A DNA stretch of 64,000 nt from an uncultured Christensenellaceae bacterium (GTDB taxonomy: Bacteria; Bacillota; Clostridia; Christensenellales; UBA3700): NCBI GenBank assembly GCA_910587685.1, contig CAJUMY010000006.1, positions 13,251 to 77,250 on the forward strand. Reading direction: 5' to 3'. The notes under the pieces were generated by a model. It was not told the DNA's origin. It made no database searches and was given only the letters and a program-made list of their open reading frames with translations. This document shows positions 49,372-58,331 of the stretch, piece by piece (position 1 is the first letter of the stretch; every line of letters starts with the position of its first letter). Both the position numbers and the translations under genes were made by a program.

Positions 49372-49716
49372 AACGTCTCCTTGTTGATTTTTGCCTTTTA
49401 AGTACGGTTATATTCCTTAATCAAACGCAAAATTTTCTTATCGAAAACAAGTATATCATTCTTTTTCGAGAAAATCAAGATTTTTCCCTTTAATTGCTTT
49501 ATTATTCGATAAAAATATGATATTATATTGAAAATAATTTATGCCGCGCTATGCGTAAGTAAAGTCAGGCGCTCCGCTTAAGCTCACGCAAAGCGCCGAT
49601 TTAGAAGTCTTGATTGTAACAAATCAAGCAAACGGCGCATCGCCGCCGAAAATTTCAAGCGCGTATTGAAATTTACTTCAAACAATATATACGACCAATA
49701 AAAGAGGACAGGCATT

Positions 49717-51366
49717 ATGAATTTACTCGGCAGATATTTGACAAAAATTGAACATGAAGGCTATGAGAATTTCGCAAAAGATACTGATATTATTGTTCCC
49801 GAGAATTTTAACTACGGATACGATATCATCGACGAATATGCGAAACTTTGTCCCGATAAGCGCGCTCTCGTGTGGTGCAACGACAAAGGCGAGGAGAAGA
49901 TCTTCACCTTCGGCGATATGAAAGTTCTTTCGGATAAAGTCGCATACATCTTAGATAAGAGCGGCGTTCACAAGGGCGATTTCGTTATGACGATGCTCAA
50001 CAGACGTTACGAATACTGGATAACGGCTATAGCGTGCCACAAAATAGGAGCCGTGCTAGTTCCCGCTACCTATCTTCTTACGGCTAAGGACATCGCATAC
50101 CGTATCAATAACGCCGACGTTAAAGTTCTAATCGTGACGAATGAAGACGACGTTACAAAGCACGTCGCGGAAGCTATTCCCATGTGTCCTTCACTCAAAA
50201 AGGTATTTACCACGACGGACAGCGACCTGTTCGAGTCTCTCGATAACGCTATAGACAACGCGCCAGAAGGATTCGTCCCGAGAGAAAAGACTACGAACGA
50301 CGATAAATTCCTCGTATACTTCACGTCCGGTACTACCGGAAATCCGAAAATGGTCGCTCATAAATACCTCTATCCGCTCGGTCATATGATCACCGCGAAA
50401 TTTTGGCAGGACGTCGTCGACGACGGACTTCACCTTACCATGGCGGAAACGGGTTGGGCTAAATGCAGTTGGGGAAAAATATACGGTCAATGGATAGCGG
50501 GAACCGCTATATTCGTATACGATTATTTCGGAAAATTCACTCCTACGGATATACTTCCGCTCATTTCGAAGTATAAGATAACTACTTTCTGCGCTCCGCC
50601 GACTATATACCGCTTCCTATGCAAAGAAGACCTTTCGCATTACGACTTTTCTTCGATAACGCACTGTTCGACGGCGGGCGAAGCTCTCAATCCCGAAGTC
50701 GCTAAGCAATTCAAGGATCAGACGGGACTGAATATATACGAAGGCTTCGGTCAGACGGAAAGCACCGTTATACTGGCGACTTTCAAATATATGGATATCA
50801 AACAGGGCTCGATGGGCAAGCCGTCTCCGATATATAACGTCGAGCTTCTCGACAACGACGATATGCCCGTCGCTCAAGGCGAGACAGGAGAAGTGTGTAT
50901 ACGCTTGAGAGAGAATCAGGTCGGCCTCATCTATCAATACCATAACGATGAGGAGAGAACCAAAGCGACGTTTGCCAACGGAATATATCATACGGGCGAC
51001 TTGGCGTACGCAGATAGCGACGGTTACTACTGGTACGTTTCCAGAAAAGACGACATCATCAAATCGTCGGGTTACAGAATAGGACCTTTCGAAGTCGAAT
51101 CGGCTCTTCACGAGCACCCCGCGGTTCTCGAGTGCGCTATAACCGGCGCTCCCGATCCTCTAAGAGGTCAGGTCGTCAAGGCAACTATCGTGCTTGCAAA
51201 GGGTTACGAACCTTCCGAAGCTCTCATAAAAGAACTTCAGAACCACGTCAAGAAAGCCACCGCTCCGTACAAATACCCGCGTATAGTGGAGTTTGTCAGC
51301 GAACTTCCGAAAACCATTTCGGGCAAGATAATGCGTAAAGATTTAAGAGCCAAAGACAATAAGTAA
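49717..51366 (+). CDS. AMP-forming acyl-CoA synthetase (ANL superfamily, medium-chain/acetyl-CoA-ligase-like)
   Basis: AMP-binding motifs YFTSGTTGNPKMV, YEGFGQTE, YHTGDLAY, RKDDIIKSSGYRIGPFEVE and ISGKIMR. Confidence 0.8.
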   Translation: MNLLGRYLTKIEHEGYENFAKDTDIIVPENFNYGYDIIDEYAKLCPDKRALVWCNDKGEEKIFTFGDMKVLSDKVAYILDKSGVHKGDFVMTMLNRRYEYWITAIACHKIGAVLVPATYLLTAKDIAYRINNADVKVLIVTNEDDVTKHVAEAIPMCPSLKKVFTTTDSDLFESLDNAIDNAPEGFVPREKTTNDDKFLVYFTSGTTGNPKMVAHKYLYPLGHMITAKFWQDVVDDGLHLTMAETGWAKCSWGKIYGQWIAGTAIFVYDYFGKFTPTDILPLISKYKITTFCAPPTIYRFLCKEDLSHYDFSSITHCSTAGEALNPEVAKQFKDQTGLNIYEGFGQTESTVILATFKYMDIKQGSMGKPSPIYNVELLDNDDMPVAQGETGEVCIRLRENQVGLIYQYHNDEERTKATFANGIYHTGDLAYADSDGYYWYVSRKDDIIKSSGYRIGPFEVESALHEHPAVLECAITGAPDPLRGQVVKATIVLAKGYEPSEALIKELQNHVKKATAPYKYPRIVEFVSELPKTISGKIMRKDLRAKDNK

Positions 51367-51445
51367 TATCTACAACCTATATTTTCGTTTGGACGAAACC
51401 TATTTTGCTCCGCGAAAAATATTGCTTAGTGTAAACAAAAATATC

Positions 51446-51474
51446 AAAGAGCGTACCTTATAGATACGCTCTTT
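51446..51474 (+). terminator. Terminator after the acyl-CoA synthetase gene
   Basis: Perfect 10-bp stem AAAGAGCGTA / TACGCTCTTT with a 9-nt loop and T-rich downstream sequence. Confidence 0.6.
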
Positions 51475-51611
51475 CTTTATCTCTTTTGAAATCAACAATA
51501 CTGTATCACAAGCAAATGCGGCGACACGGGCGGCATAAACTCGTTACATTTTCAAAATCATAAAATTCGGCAACGCTGTTTTAACATGCGGAAATATGCG
51601 AATACCCTATT

Positions 51612-51851
51612 CTATTTAACGGTATGCGCGGTAATTATAGTAAAACTATGAGCGTTCACCGTTATCTTGTAACCTCGGACAGTTGCATACCAGTTTTTAC
51701 CAAGACGTTCGATCAAAACGTTTTCATCTAAGATTTTCTCTTTACACCACGTAACAACGTCGTCGGTTTCTATTCCCAAGTTTCTTTTTATCCTATCCGT
51801 TCCCATTTTAGTAGTGTGGAGCTTATCAATGTTTCGTATCAAATCATTCAT
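51612..51851 (-). CDS. DUF3781-like small protein
   Basis: LHTTKMGTDRIKRNLGIE..DVVTWCKEKI......ERLGKNWY......ITVNAHSFTIITAH matches my recollection of the DUF3781 pattern. Confidence 0.55.
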   Translation of the reverse strand: MNDLIRNIDKLHTTKMGTDRIKRNLGIETDDVVTWCKEKILDENVLIERLGKNWYATVRGYKITVNAHSFTIITAHTVK

Positions 51852-51958
51852 TTTTGCTCTCTTTCCCTATATACCGCAAACTGCGTCCGTTTAGATATAT
51901 ATCCCGCTCGAATCATATCATACTTTCTTTTACGAATACGCTATTATGAATTTTCTGA

Positions 51959-52408
51959 TCATTCTTTAATGAACTCGTTGAGCGTTCCGTACTCTTCCCT
52001 CAGCTTGAATATCCTATCTCTCACTTCTTTGACGCTACGAACGGAATTCAACATTTTGGCTTTAGAGTCTTTTATTTCTATCAAAAGAACGCCGTCGCCG
52101 CTTTTACGGCTCGAAATCGAATAAGTAACGCCGAGTATATCGCGGATATATATTATATCTTCTCTCTTGAACGACCTGTTTATAACGAGAGTTTTGTCAT
52201 CCTCTTTGTAATCAATCGCGGAATCAGGCGTAAAAGCGTACTCGATGATAACCGCTAAAGCAATGACAGCGATAGCCGCGGGAAGCAGAATAAGATAATT
52301 ATTAAGTTTGCTCACGGCAATCAAAACTCCTAAAACAAGCATACATATGAGTACTATTACGTTATTAATCATTATTTTGGGCGACTTTTTCGCAATACTT
52401 TCCATCAT
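51959..52408 (-). CDS. Hypothetical membrane protein (two TM helices plus a small soluble domain)
   Basis: 149 aa, with GGAGAG just upstream of the tandem ATG ATG. No family recognised. Confidence 0.45.
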   Translation of the reverse strand: MMESIAKKSPKIMINNVIVLICMLVLGVLIAVSKLNNYLILLPAAIAVIALAVIIEYAFTPDSAIDYKEDDKTLVINRSFKREDIIYIRDILGVTYSISSRKSGDGVLLIEIKDSKAKMLNSVRSVKEVRDRIFKLREEYGTLNEFIKE

Positions 52409-52423
52409 CTCTCCTTAAAAATC

Positions 52424-52451
52424 GAGCAGATCGCATTTACGCGTTCTGCTC
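52424..52451 (-). terminator. Hairpin between hom and the downstream membrane-protein gene (weak terminator or attenuator)
   Basis: Minus-strand sequence GAGCAGA-N14-TCTGCTC is followed by GATTTTTAAGGAGAG and the ATG of the next gene. Confidence 0.4.
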
Positions 52452-52461
52452 AATGTATGAC

Positions 52462-53736
52462 TTACTTTTCTATTCTTATAAGATTTGCGATTTTCACGAC
52501 GTCGGTCAGCTTTTCAATACCTTCGCACGCTTTCTTCATATTATTCTCGCGCGTCGCGTGCGTAACGAATATGATAGATACGGTATCTTTGCCCTCTTGC
52601 TGTACCATCGAAGCTATCGAAACTCCGTATTTTGCAAACAGCTTGGTTATCTCCGCAAGTACGCCTGCCACGTCGTGTACGTTGAGTCTCAGATAATAAG
52701 AGCTCTCAAAATCGGAAATAAGTTCTTCCTTTGTGACCGCCTTTTCAATGCCGTCGTAGCGCGCGTGCTTTATCTGTCTTGCCGCGAATACGACGTCGCT
52801 CACGACAGCGCTTCCCGTCGGGAACGAGCCCGCGCCTCTGCCGTACAGCATGATATCTCCCACGTTGTCGCCGACGATGAATACGGCGTTAAACGATCCG
52901 CTAACGCTCGCAAGAGGATGGCTCGACGGTATGAATGCAGGATGAACTCTGACTTCGTACTTTCCGTCGTCCTTCATCTTCGCTATCGCAAGAAGTTTTA
53001 CGGTGAGTCCGAATCTCTTTCCGTACTCTATGTCCTCTTTCGCTATCTTTGAAATGCCCTCTCTATAAATGAGTTCGACGGGAACGACTCTGTTAAAAGC
53101 GAGCGTTGCGAGTATGCTTATCTTATAGCTCGCGTCGTAGCCTTCGATGTCGGCTATAGGATTAGCCTCGGCAAAGCCGAGAGCCTGCGCGTCCTTTAGC
53201 ACGTCGGCATAGTCGGCGCCTTCGTTAGTCATTCTCGTCAAAATGTAATTAGTCGTACCGTTGATGATACCCTTTATCTCCTTGATATCGTTAGCTTGCA
53301 TGGCTTCGGTCATCGTCCTTATTATAGGTATACCGCCGCCCGTCGTCGCCTCGTAATAGAGTCCGACGTTATTCTCGCTAGCGACCTTCTCAAGCTCTAT
53401 CCAGTTCTTTGCAAAAAGTTCCTTGTTTGCGGTCACGATGCTTTTACCGGATTTAAGCGAACTCAGAATGTATCCCTTCGCAGGGTCTACGCCTCCGATG
53501 CACTCCGCTACTATCGATATATTCTCGTTATCGAGGATATCTTTGATATCCGTAACGAGCGCGCTCTCGTCCGCTCCCGCCGCTATAGCTTTCTCTTTAT
53601 TCCTAACAAGAACGGCTTTTACGGAAATATCAACGCCGTACTCCTTAGCTATCGTTTCCTTTCTTTCGAGGAGAATCTTATACGCGCCCTGTCCGACCGT
53701 TCCGAATCCCAATATTGCAACTCCGACTTTTTTCAT
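52462..53736 (-). CDS. hom: Homoserine dehydrogenase with a C-terminal ACT domain
   Basis: NAD-binding VGVAILGFGTVGQG, the catalytic region VTANKELFA and GIINGTTNYIL, and an ACT domain at the C-terminus. Confidence 0.9.
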   Translation of the reverse strand: MKKVGVAILGFGTVGQGAYKILLERKETIAKEYGVDISVKAVLVRNKEKAIAAGADESALVTDIKDILDNENISIVAECIGGVDPAKGYILSSLKSGKSIVTANKELFAKNWIELEKVASENNVGLYYEATTGGGIPIIRTMTEAMQANDIKEIKGIINGTTNYILTRMTNEGADYADVLKDAQALGFAEANPIADIEGYDASYKISILATLAFNRVVPVELIYREGISKIAKEDIEYGKRFGLTVKLLAIAKMKDDGKYEVRVHPAFIPSSHPLASVSGSFNAVFIVGDNVGDIMLYGRGAGSFPTGSAVVSDVVFAARQIKHARYDGIEKAVTKEELISDFESSYYLRLNVHDVAGVLAEITKLFAKYGVSIASMVQQEGKDTVSIIFVTHATRENNMKKACEGIEKLTDVVKIANLIRIEK

Positions 53737-53747
53737 TACCTTTTCCT

Positions 53748-54527
53748 CTACTTTACCGACTTATTCATATCGAATATGAATTTGAGACCTTTGAGCGTCA
53801 GATATCTGTCGACAACGTCGATGATATCCTCTTTTTCATTGACTACAAGCTGACTGAGACCGCCTGTCGCGATAACTTTCATATCGCCGTATCCCGTCTC
53901 TTTCTTTATCTTCTTAACTATATAATCTACAAGTCCCGTAAAACCGTATATCGTTCCCGCCTGAATATTCGCTATCGTATTCTTGTTGATAACGTTATCG
54001 GGCTTTGACAGCTCAACTCTCGGAAGTTTCGCCGCGTTATTCACAAGCGAATCGAGCGACGACTTTATCCCCGGCGCTATACAGCCTCCGAGAAACTCGC
54101 CTCTATCGGATATGACGTTAAAAGTCGTAGCGGTGCCGAAATCGACGATCACGCAAGGTCCTCCGTACAGCTTGTACGCCGCAACGGAATTGACTATCCT
54201 GTCCGCTCCGAGCTCTTGCGGATTGGAGTACTTTATATTAAGTCCCGTCTTGATCCCTACGCCTATCACTATCGGCGTTATCTTCATATAATATTCGCAA
54301 GCGTGTTCGATAGTATAGTTGAGCGACGGCGACACCGACGACATTATGATGCCGTCTATGTCGGAAAAAGTCATGCCCTCCGACGCAAACAGATTGAGCA
54401 TGGTGATGCCGAACTCGTCTGACGTACGAGTTACCTTGACGGACATTCTCCATGAAGTTACGAGCTTGTTCTCCTTATATACTCCTAGCTTTATATTTGT
54501 GTTGCCCACGTCTATCACAAGTAGCAT
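53748..54527 (-). CDS. coaX: Type III pantothenate kinase
   Basis: MLLVIDVGNTNIKLGVY, VDFGTATTF and ATGGLS motifs. 259 aa. Confidence 0.9.
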   Translation of the reverse strand: MLLVIDVGNTNIKLGVYKENKLVTSWRMSVKVTRTSDEFGITMLNLFASEGMTFSDIDGIIMSSVSPSLNYTIEHACEYYMKITPIVIGVGIKTGLNIKYSNPQELGADRIVNSVAAYKLYGGPCVIVDFGTATTFNVISDRGEFLGGCIAPGIKSSLDSLVNNAAKLPRVELSKPDNVINKNTIANIQAGTIYGFTGLVDYIVKKIKKETGYGDMKVIATGGLSQLVVNEKEDIIDVVDRYLTLKGLKFIFDMNKSVK

Positions 54528-54530
54528 GAT

Positions 54531-55115
54531 TTACCTCCTGTCCGCCCTTTCGACAGTCTTTTTGACCGCTAACGAAATCGGCGGAGTCAACAACGCGCAT
54601 ACTATCAGTTCTATAACAAAATTCGCGAGTATTACGCCGAGCATAAACTCCGCGTCGATAACCGTTCCCGATATGTCCTTCCCGTGATAGAATATCCACA
54701 GCATCAAAGACACTAGTCCCGTATTCGTTATAACGCCGAGTATCGCGCTCGCAAATGAAGCTACGGCATGCCCGAGCGCTTCGTTCTTTATCGGTTTCTT
54801 TATCAGTCTGTACGTAAAATATACGACGACTCCTATACACGTTCTCGGCAGAACCGAAACAAGCGGATTGTTGAATATATACGAAAGAACGCTCGTCGGC
54901 ATTACGATACTCGTTATGAACGATACGAGTCCGAGAAACGTTCCCGCCGCTATCGCAACGCCCGGCTTTTGCGTCTGACCCGCAATGAGTACGGGGATAA
55001 GCATAAGTACTGCAAGTCTTAACGGTCCTATCTGTATAGGCACCATCATAAATATCAAAATCAATGCGAAAAGTATCGCGTTAACGGCGATCGTCGCCGC
55101 CTTTGGTTTTCTCAT
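54531..55115 (-). CDS. ECF-transporter substrate-specific (S) component, possibly for pantothenate
   Basis: About 194 aa and 6 TM, with the small polytopic architecture of S components. It lies 3 nt upstream of coaX. Start moved to the ATG at 55115 (GAGGT plus a 7-nt spacer). Confidence 0.5.
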   Translation of the reverse strand: MRKPKAATIAVNAILFALILIFMMVPIQIGPLRLAVLMLIPVLIAGQTQKPGVAIAAGTFLGLVSFITSIVMPTSVLSYIFNNPLVSVLPRTCIGVVVYFTYRLIKKPIKNEALGHAVASFASAILGVITNTGLVSLMLWIFYHGKDISGTVIDAEFMLGVILANFVIELIVCALLTPPISLAVKKTVERADRR

Positions 55116-55325
55116 TTTCATTACCTCGCTTGAATCTAAAAAGTATCCTGCCATCAGGTATATCGCTATCCGCTAATCGTCGCATAACAGCATACGTCTG
55201 TCTGCATTTCGCGTCAAACGATATTTTCTAAATTATAGCAAAAAAATCCCCTTTAATCAACAACTTTTCAGAGCTTTCAACATTATTATGTGATACGAAT
55301 AGCTTTTTCATCATAAAGTAGTACT

Positions 55326-55784
55326 ATGAATTCGATAAAATGGATGATTTCATTCGCTATTGGCATATTCATCGTAATATTTCCGTCGGCGGTCGCAGGC
55401 TTTTTCACGTCGGGCGGCAATATTCCCAATGAAATATTTCCATATATCGCTCCGTCGAATATCGTTATAGAAATGAGTTTTTGCTTGGTCTACCTATTTT
55501 CGATATATATAATCGCCTCAAAAATAATGTCGGGAGACAGAGTAAAGACGCCTCTTCTTTTTTTGATAAAAGGTATAGCGTACGCGGCGTTCACCGCGGT
55601 GTTTTTTTCGGTATATGCAACGACGCTAACTATAATACTAGCTATATGTATACTCATTTTTGATATATATATTTTTTTCAATCTCATAGATAACGATAGC
55701 TACGCTTATCTTTTGTTTATACCGGAGCTCGTATGGATGAGCTTTTTGACGGCTCTTCTTTTGATAATGTACAAAAGCATATAA
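55326..55784 (+). CDS. Hypothetical polytopic membrane protein
   Basis: 152 aa with 4-5 hydrophobic helices. No family motif recognised. Confidence 0.45.
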   Translation: MNSIKWMISFAIGIFIVIFPSAVAGFFTSGGNIPNEIFPYIAPSNIVIEMSFCLVYLFSIYIIASKIMSGDRVKTPLLFLIKGIAYAAFTAVFFSVYATTLTIILAICILIFDIYIFFNLIDNDSYAYLLFIPELVWMSFLTALLLIMYKSI

Positions 55785-55789
55785 GTAAA

Positions 55790-55810
55790 GCGACCGCAAT
55801 AAGCGGTCGC
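55790..55810. terminator. Hairpin between the convergent membrane-protein and Cys-rich peptide genes
   Basis: Perfect 8-bp GC-rich stem GCGACCGC / GCGGTCGC with a 5-nt loop. The flanking T/A runs are weak. Confidence 0.5.
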
Positions 55811-55859
55811 CGGTATTTCAAGAGGTATACTTATATGTAGAAAATCCTCGGGGTATGAA

Positions 55860-56054
55860 TTATTTGCAAGAACCGAAGCACGAACAGCCGCAGTCATTGC
55901 CTTTGTTGCAGCAGCAACATAACAAGATGAGTGGAAGAATGTTATTGCAACAGGAATTACATCCGCAGCCGTTGTTGTTACCGCAACAGCAGAGCAGGAT
56001 CAAAAGAGTGCAAAGATCACATCCGCAACCACAATTATTAATACAATCGTTCAT
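55860..56054 (-). CDS. 64-aa extremely cysteine-rich peptide (20 Cys), unknown function
   Basis: MNDCINNCGCGCDLCTLLILLCCCGNNNGCGCNSCCNNILPLILLCCCCNKGNDCGCSCFGSCK. A strong AAGGAGG SD sits 7 nt before the ATG, and a hairpin follows downstream. Confidence 0.65.
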   Translation of the reverse strand: MNDCINNCGCGCDLCTLLILLCCCGNNNGCGCNSCCNNILPLILLCCCCNKGNDCGCSCFGSCK

Positions 56055-56096
56055 CGTCTTTCCTCCTTGTAGTAAAGGTCTCTTCCCTTTACAGTA

Positions 56097-56124
56097 TAGA
56101 GTATGTTTTTCATATCAAAAGTGT
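56097..56124 (-). promoter_or_regulatory. Candidate sigma-K-like (late mother-cell) promoter for the Cys-rich peptide gene
   Basis: On the minus strand: AC (56124-56123), 17 nt, CATACTCTA (56105-56097), which fits AC-N16/17-CATA-N3-TA. It lies about 40 nt upstream of the ATG. No well-spaced sigma-A promoter is visible. The consensus is short, so this is a weak call. Confidence 0.25.
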
Positions 56125-56335
56125 TACAATGCTCAAACGTTTTTAGGACAAGCCGTCGCAATTATTCTGGTTTTAACAAAAAATTTCTTTGATTTTATAT
56201 GCCAAAAATCAAAACGGGCGAAAACGCGGATATTTCCCAATTCATAACGTTACGGAAATATTGATCCAACCGGCGTAATTTTATAACTGCGACGCCTCTT
56301 TCGTCATAGCATAAATACAATCTTACCTCTTTTAC

Positions 56336-56364
56336 TTGACAAATCCCAAGTTTAGTTATAAAGT
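56336..56364 (+). promoter_or_regulatory. Candidate sigma-A promoter of glyQS
   Basis: TTGACA (56336-56341), 17-nt spacer, TAAAGT (56359-56364). Confidence 0.35.
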
Positions 56365-56426
56365 AAACACATATAAAAATAATTGCGACGGATTAGTTGC
56401 TAATATATTATGAAAGAGAGGTTAGT

Positions 56427-57812
56427 ATGGCTGAATTAACTATGGAAAAACTCGTAGCTCTATGTAAAGGCAGAGGTTTCATATTTGCGGGAAGCGAAAT
56501 ATACGGCGGTCTTGCCAACACTTGGGACTACGGTCCGCTCGGCGTAGAACTCAAAAATAACGTCAAAAAAGCGTGGTGGAAAAAATTCGTACAGGAGTCT
56601 CCTAACAATACGGGTCTCGACTGCGCTATCTTGATGAATCCCACGACTTGGGTCGCCAGCGGTCATATAGGCGGTTTTTCAGATCCTCTTATGGACTGCA
56701 AGAGCTGCAAATCCCGCCACAGAGCAGACAACCTTATCGAAGACTTTATGGCGAAAAAAGGCATATCGGAAAATATAGCGGGCTGGTCCAACGAACAGAT
56801 GGAGGCGTATATTGCCGAGAATAAGATACCCTGCCCCGTATGCGGAAAGAGCAACTTTACGGGAGTCAGAAAGTTCAATCTCATGTTCAAGACTTTCCAA
56901 GGCGTTACCGAAGATTCGGCGTCGACGGTATATCTCAGACCCGAAACCGCTCAGGGTATATTCGTCAACTTCAAGAACGTTCAGCGTTCGGCAAGGATGA
57001 AGGTTCCTTTCGGCATAGCTCAGATAGGAAAGAGTTTCCGTAACGAAATAACGCCCGGCAACTTCACGTTCAGAACACGCGAATTCGAACAGATGGAGCT
57101 CGAATTCTTCTGCAAACCCGGTACGGATCTCGAGTGGTTCGCCTACTGGAAAGAATTCTGTAAAAACTGGCTTTTAGGTCTCGGCATCAAGGAAGACAGA
57201 CTCAAACTTCGCGACCACGATCCCGAAGAACTCTGTTTCTATTCCAAGGCGACTACCGACTTCGAGTATAAGTTCCCGTTCGGCTGGGGCGAGCTCTGGG
57301 GCATAGCGGACAGAACGGACTACGACCTCACACAGCACCAGAAGACGTCGGGACAGAGTATGGAATACACCGATCCCATGACTAACGAAAAATATATCCC
57401 ATACGTTATCGAGCCGTCGCTCGGCGCAGATAGAGTCGTTCTCGCTTTCCTATGCAACGCGTACGAAGAGGAGGAGCTCGAAGGCGGAGATACGAGAGTC
57501 GTACTCAGACTCCATCACGCGTTGTCGCCGTACAAGATAGCCGTGCTTCCGCTCAGTAAAAAACTCAACGAAAAGGCCGACGAAATATATAAGAGCCTTG
57601 CAAAGAAATTTTCCGTTACCTACGACGAAGCAGGTTCCATCGGAAAGAGATATCGCCGTCAGGACGAGATTGGTACGCCCTACTGCGTGACCGTAGACTT
57701 CGACACCCTTGAAGACAACGCCGTAACGATAAGAGAAAGAGACACGATGAGCCAAATAAGAGTATCTCTCGATAAACTCGAAAGCTATCTTGCGGATTCG
57801 CTCGAGTATTGA
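56427..57812 (+). CDS. glyQS: Glycine--tRNA ligase (dimeric class II, GlyQS type)
   Basis: [42 protein letters not shown] and [28 protein letters not shown] motifs. Start moved to the ATG at 56427 after GAGAGG. Confidence 0.9.
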   Translation: MAELTMEKLVALCKGRGFIFAGSEIYGGLANTWDYGPLGVELKNNVKKAWWKKFVQESPNNTGLDCAILMNPTTWVASGHIGGFSDPLMDCKSCKSRHRADNLIEDFMAKKGISENIAGWSNEQMEAYIAENKIPCPVCGKSNFTGVRKFNLMFKTFQGVTEDSASTVYLRPETAQGIFVNFKNVQRSARMKVPFGIAQIGKSFRNEITPGNFTFRTREFEQMELEFFCKPGTDLEWFAYWKEFCKNWLLGLGIKEDRLKLRDHDPEELCFYSKATTDFEYKFPFGWGELWGIADRTDYDLTQHQKTSGQSMEYTDPMTNEKYIPYVIEPSLGADRVVLAFLCNAYEEEELEGGDTRVVLRLHHALSPYKIAVLPLSKKLNEKADEIYKSLAKKFSVTYDEAGSIGKRYRRQDEIGTPYCVTVDFDTLEDNAVTIRERDTMSQIRVSLDKLESYLADSLEY

Positions 57813-57857
57813 GCATAACTTGACTTATATAAAATTTGATACGTTGATAAAAATAAT

Positions 57858-57895
57858 AAAACAGGACTTGCTTATTCATATCAAGTCCTGTTTTT
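57858..57895. terminator. Strong bidirectional terminator after glyQS
   Basis: 13-bp perfect stem AAAACAGGACTTG / CAAGTCCTGTTTT with an 11-nt loop and a T-run. Confidence 0.8.
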
Positions 57896-57941
57896 ATTTC
57901 GCCTATACTATTTTGATAATATATTATAAATTATGATAAAG

Positions 57942-58241
57942 TTAATACTTTTTAACAAGTTTCGAAACGAGCGTTCTACAAGTATTCATTTGAATACAAT
58001 CGTAAAACTTTTTCGCTTCGTCTCTTCCTTCGCCTACACTCATTGCATTCTTCGCGTCGTCTTCCGTCTCCCAAAGAACGAAGTCCGTCCACGTGTCTTT
58101 ATGAAGATAGTGCTCCCAAGAAATGAATCCCTTCGCTTTTGAAACCACTTCGTCGTGCAAAATTTGAGTTAATTCCATAAACTGCTCGGCTGTTACGGTT
58201 TTCTTTATCTTATACGAAAAAATCCACGCAGTCTTTGCCAT
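57942..58241 (-). CDS. Small hypothetical protein (possibly an ABM/ferredoxin-like fold)
   Basis: 99 aa counted from the ATG at 58241 (GGGAGG 10 nt upstream). The fold assignment is only a guess based on size and the WETEDDAKNA pattern. Confidence 0.4.
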   Translation of the reverse strand: MAKTAWIFSYKIKKTVTAEQFMELTQILHDEVVSKAKGFISWEHYLHKDTWTDFVLWETEDDAKNAMSVGEGRDEAKKFYDCIQMNTCRTLVSKLVKKY

Positions 58242-58331
58242 ACTTATTTGTCCTCCCAAAAGTTACTTCGCAAAATCTATCGGGATATAGATTGCCGCGT
58301 TTATTAAAAATTTGTTTATATTAACGTTAGA

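Noticed and set aside
55855-56247. 130-aa Gln/Pro/Leu-rich ORF on the plus strand overlapping the Cys-rich peptide gene.
   Set aside because: It is the mirror image of the TGC/TGT/AAC-rich sense strand (GCA/ACA/GTT read as Q/L/P-rich). It has no SD, whereas the minus-strand ORF has a strong AAGGAGG at ideal spacing.
56055-56426. Expected glycine T-box leader upstream of glyQS.
   Set aside because: No T-box consensus (the GGTGGTACCGCG-like core), specifier-loop architecture or terminator/antiterminator pair is visible. With the predicted promoter at 56336-56364 the leader is only about 60 nt.
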